From an uncultured Actinomycetes bacterium (GTDB lineage: Bacteria > Actinomycetota > Thermoleophilia > Gaiellales > JAICJC01): DNA of 64,000 bases. Shown piece after piece: positions 62,241 to 64,000 of this stretch. Under the pieces are notes generated by a model. The model made no database searches and was not told the origin of the DNA. It saw nothing but the letters and a program-made list of their open reading frames with translations. Positions within the stretch are counted from its first letter, which is position 1, and each line of letters starts with the position of its first letter. Location: the NCBI GenBank assembly GCA_963821535.1, contig CAWGEC010000009.1, positions 62,010-126,009 on the forward strand. Reading direction: 5' to 3'. The position numbers and the translations under genes are program-made.

Positions 62241-63242
62241 CGCTCGTCCTGGGCATCGACGGCGGCGGGACGAAGACGCACGCCGTCATCGCGGACGCGG
62301 ACGGGACGGTGCGGGGCTTCGCCACGAGCGGCCCGGCCAACTGGGAGGTGGTCGGGCTGCGCGGCGCCGGGGAGTCGCTGCGCGAGGCGACCCGCCGCGC
62401 GCTCGAGGCGGCCGGCGCGGAGGTGGGCGACCTGGCGGCGTCGGCGTTCGGCCTCGCCGGCATCGACTGGGACTCCGACCTGCCCCGGATGACCGCCGAG
62501 GTGGACCAGCTCGTGCTGACCGGGCCGGCCGAGGTGACGAACGACTCGTTCATCGCCCTGCGCGCGGGCACCGCCGACGGCGTCGGGGTCGTGGTCATCG
62601 CCGGCACCGGCGCGATCTCGGCCGGGCGGTCACGCGACGGGCGCACGTTCCGGACGCTGGGCCAGGGCGCGGAGTTCGGCGACACGGGGAGCGCCAGCGA
62701 CGTCTCGGACGCGGCGCTCCGAGCAGTGGCCTACGCCTACACGGGGCGCGGCCCGCAGACCGAGCTGACCGAGCTCCTGTGCAGCCTCTACGGCTGCCGC
62801 TCCTCGGCCGAGCTGCTCGAGCGGGCAAGCCGCGGCGGCGAGCGGTCGCGGAGCGCGGCGCCGACCGTGCTGCGGTCGGCCGAGGGCGGCGACGAGGTGG
62901 CCCGCGGCATCGTGCGATGGGCGGGCCGGCGAGCTGGGCGAGTCGGCCCTCCTCTCGGCCCGGCAGCTCGGGATGACGGGAGAGGAGTTCGACCTCGTCC
63001 TGGCCGGCGGCCTCTTCCGCGGCGACAGCACGCTCCTCCTGGAGACGCTCGCGGCCTGCGTCCACGCCGAGGCGCCCGGCGCGCGCCTCGTTCAGCTCGA
63101 CACCGCGCCGGTCGCAGGGGCGGCGCTGATGGCGCTCGACACGACCGACGGCGGCGTCTCGCAGGCCGCCGCCGACCGCCTGCGGACGGGCGTCCTGGAC
63201 GCCGTCCGGGCGCGGGCCGGGGCGGCGCCGCCCGCAGGATAG
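62237..63242 (+). CDS. Second BadF/BadG-type amino-sugar kinase (frameshifted)
   Basis: LGIDGGGTKT, GLAG.D, NDSFIA, IAGTG, VLAGGLF, PVAGAAL. Confidence 0.85.
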
Positions 63243-63298
63243 GCTTCACCCGTTTGCGGGTTGTGTTGGGACGAGATGAAGCCCGATACCTTCCGGGT

Positions 63299-64000
63299 AT
63301 GCGGGGTCGCATCCTCATAACCGCGGCGCTCGCGGCGGCCGGGCTCGGCGCGGGTGGGTGGGCGCTCTTTGCGGCCGGCGCGGGCGCGTCGCCGCTCACG
63401 AACGCGCCGAACTGCCCGGTCTTCCCGAGGACGAACGTGTGGAACAAGCGGGTCGACGGGCTGCCGGTGGCGGCGAACTCGGCGTCGATCATCGGCACGA
63501 TTCCCAACGCCGGTGTGCATCCCGACTTCGGCTCGTTCCAGGGCTACGGCATCCCGATCAACGTCGTCGCGGGCACGCAGAAGCGAAAGCACGTCACGTT
63601 CGACTGGTACGGGCCCGAGTCCGACCACGTCGGCTATCCGATTCCGAAGCACCCCAAGATCGAGCGCGGCTCCGACGCCCACATGCTGATCGTCGACCGC
63701 GGCCACTGCCGCCTCTTCGAGCTCTACCACGTGCACAAGGCGCGGTCAGGCTGGCACGCGGGATCCGGCGCGACGTGGAGCCTGCTCTCGAACCACCTGC
63801 GGCCCAAGAAGGTGGACGAGCGCCGACGCGGCCGGCCTCCCGATCCTGCCCGGCCTCGTGCGCTGGAACGAGGTGAAGAAGGGCGTCATCAACCATGCCC
63901 TCCGCTTCACCGTGCCCACGACGTGCACGCACTTCGTCTACCCGGCCCGCCATCAGGCGGGGTCGACCAGCGACTGCACCGACTATCCCGAGGATGGGCG
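63299..64000 (+). CDS. Secreted conserved hypothetical protein (partial)
   Basis: Signal peptide MRGRILITAALAAAG; CPVFP..NVWN..VD.LPV, YGIP, D.HML, ADAAGLPILPGL, INHALRFT. Confidence 0.7.
   Translation, partial: MRGRILITAALAAAGLGAGGWALFAAGAGASPLTNAPNCPVFPRTNVWNKRVDGLPVAANSASIIGTIPNAGVHPDFGSFQGYGIPINVVAGTQKRKHVTFDWYGPESDHVGYPIPKHPKIERGSDAHMLIVDRGHCRLFELYHVHKARSGWHAGSGATWSLLSNHLRPKKVDERRRGRPPDPARPRALERGEEGRHQPCPPLHRAHDVHALRLPGPPSGGVDQRLHRLSRGWA

Overview
High-GC (~70%+) chromosomal segment. Gene content, frequent leaderless promoters and REP motifs suggest a soil actinobacterium, most plausibly Thermoleophilia/Gaiellales (inference). Many otherwise intact genes carry single-base frameshifts, consistent with an unpolished long-read assembly. 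Left to right: GcvT/DmdA-like fragment; ECF sigma module with two flanking membrane proteins; triple B-lectin/papain-like protease with a partner gene; cfa/DUF1365/FAD-oxidoreductase fatty-acid modification operon; RNB ribonuclease; leuA-leuB-ilvB-ilvN-ilvC operon with a Leu-rich leader peptide; polyamine/GABA uptake and catabolism; NlpC/P60; a sulfur region (GntR, ferredoxin sulfite/nitrite reductase, an unexplained ~250-nt highly structured element, cupin, SAM-I riboswitch plus threonine-synthase-like gene, thioredoxin, ArsR); LysM-SLT, aquaporin, acyP, xseAB, MenA-like, proline dehydrogenase, pfkA; and a split CsnR-type amino-sugar regulon with two AGGAAAnTTTCCT operators. That regulon includes an orphan phage-tail-tube (gp19-like) gene with a His-rich N-terminus and is interrupted by a KAP NTPase/formamidase/APC block. 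No rRNA, tRNA, CRISPR, transposase or prophage was seen. All assignments come from motif recognition by eye; no searches were run.
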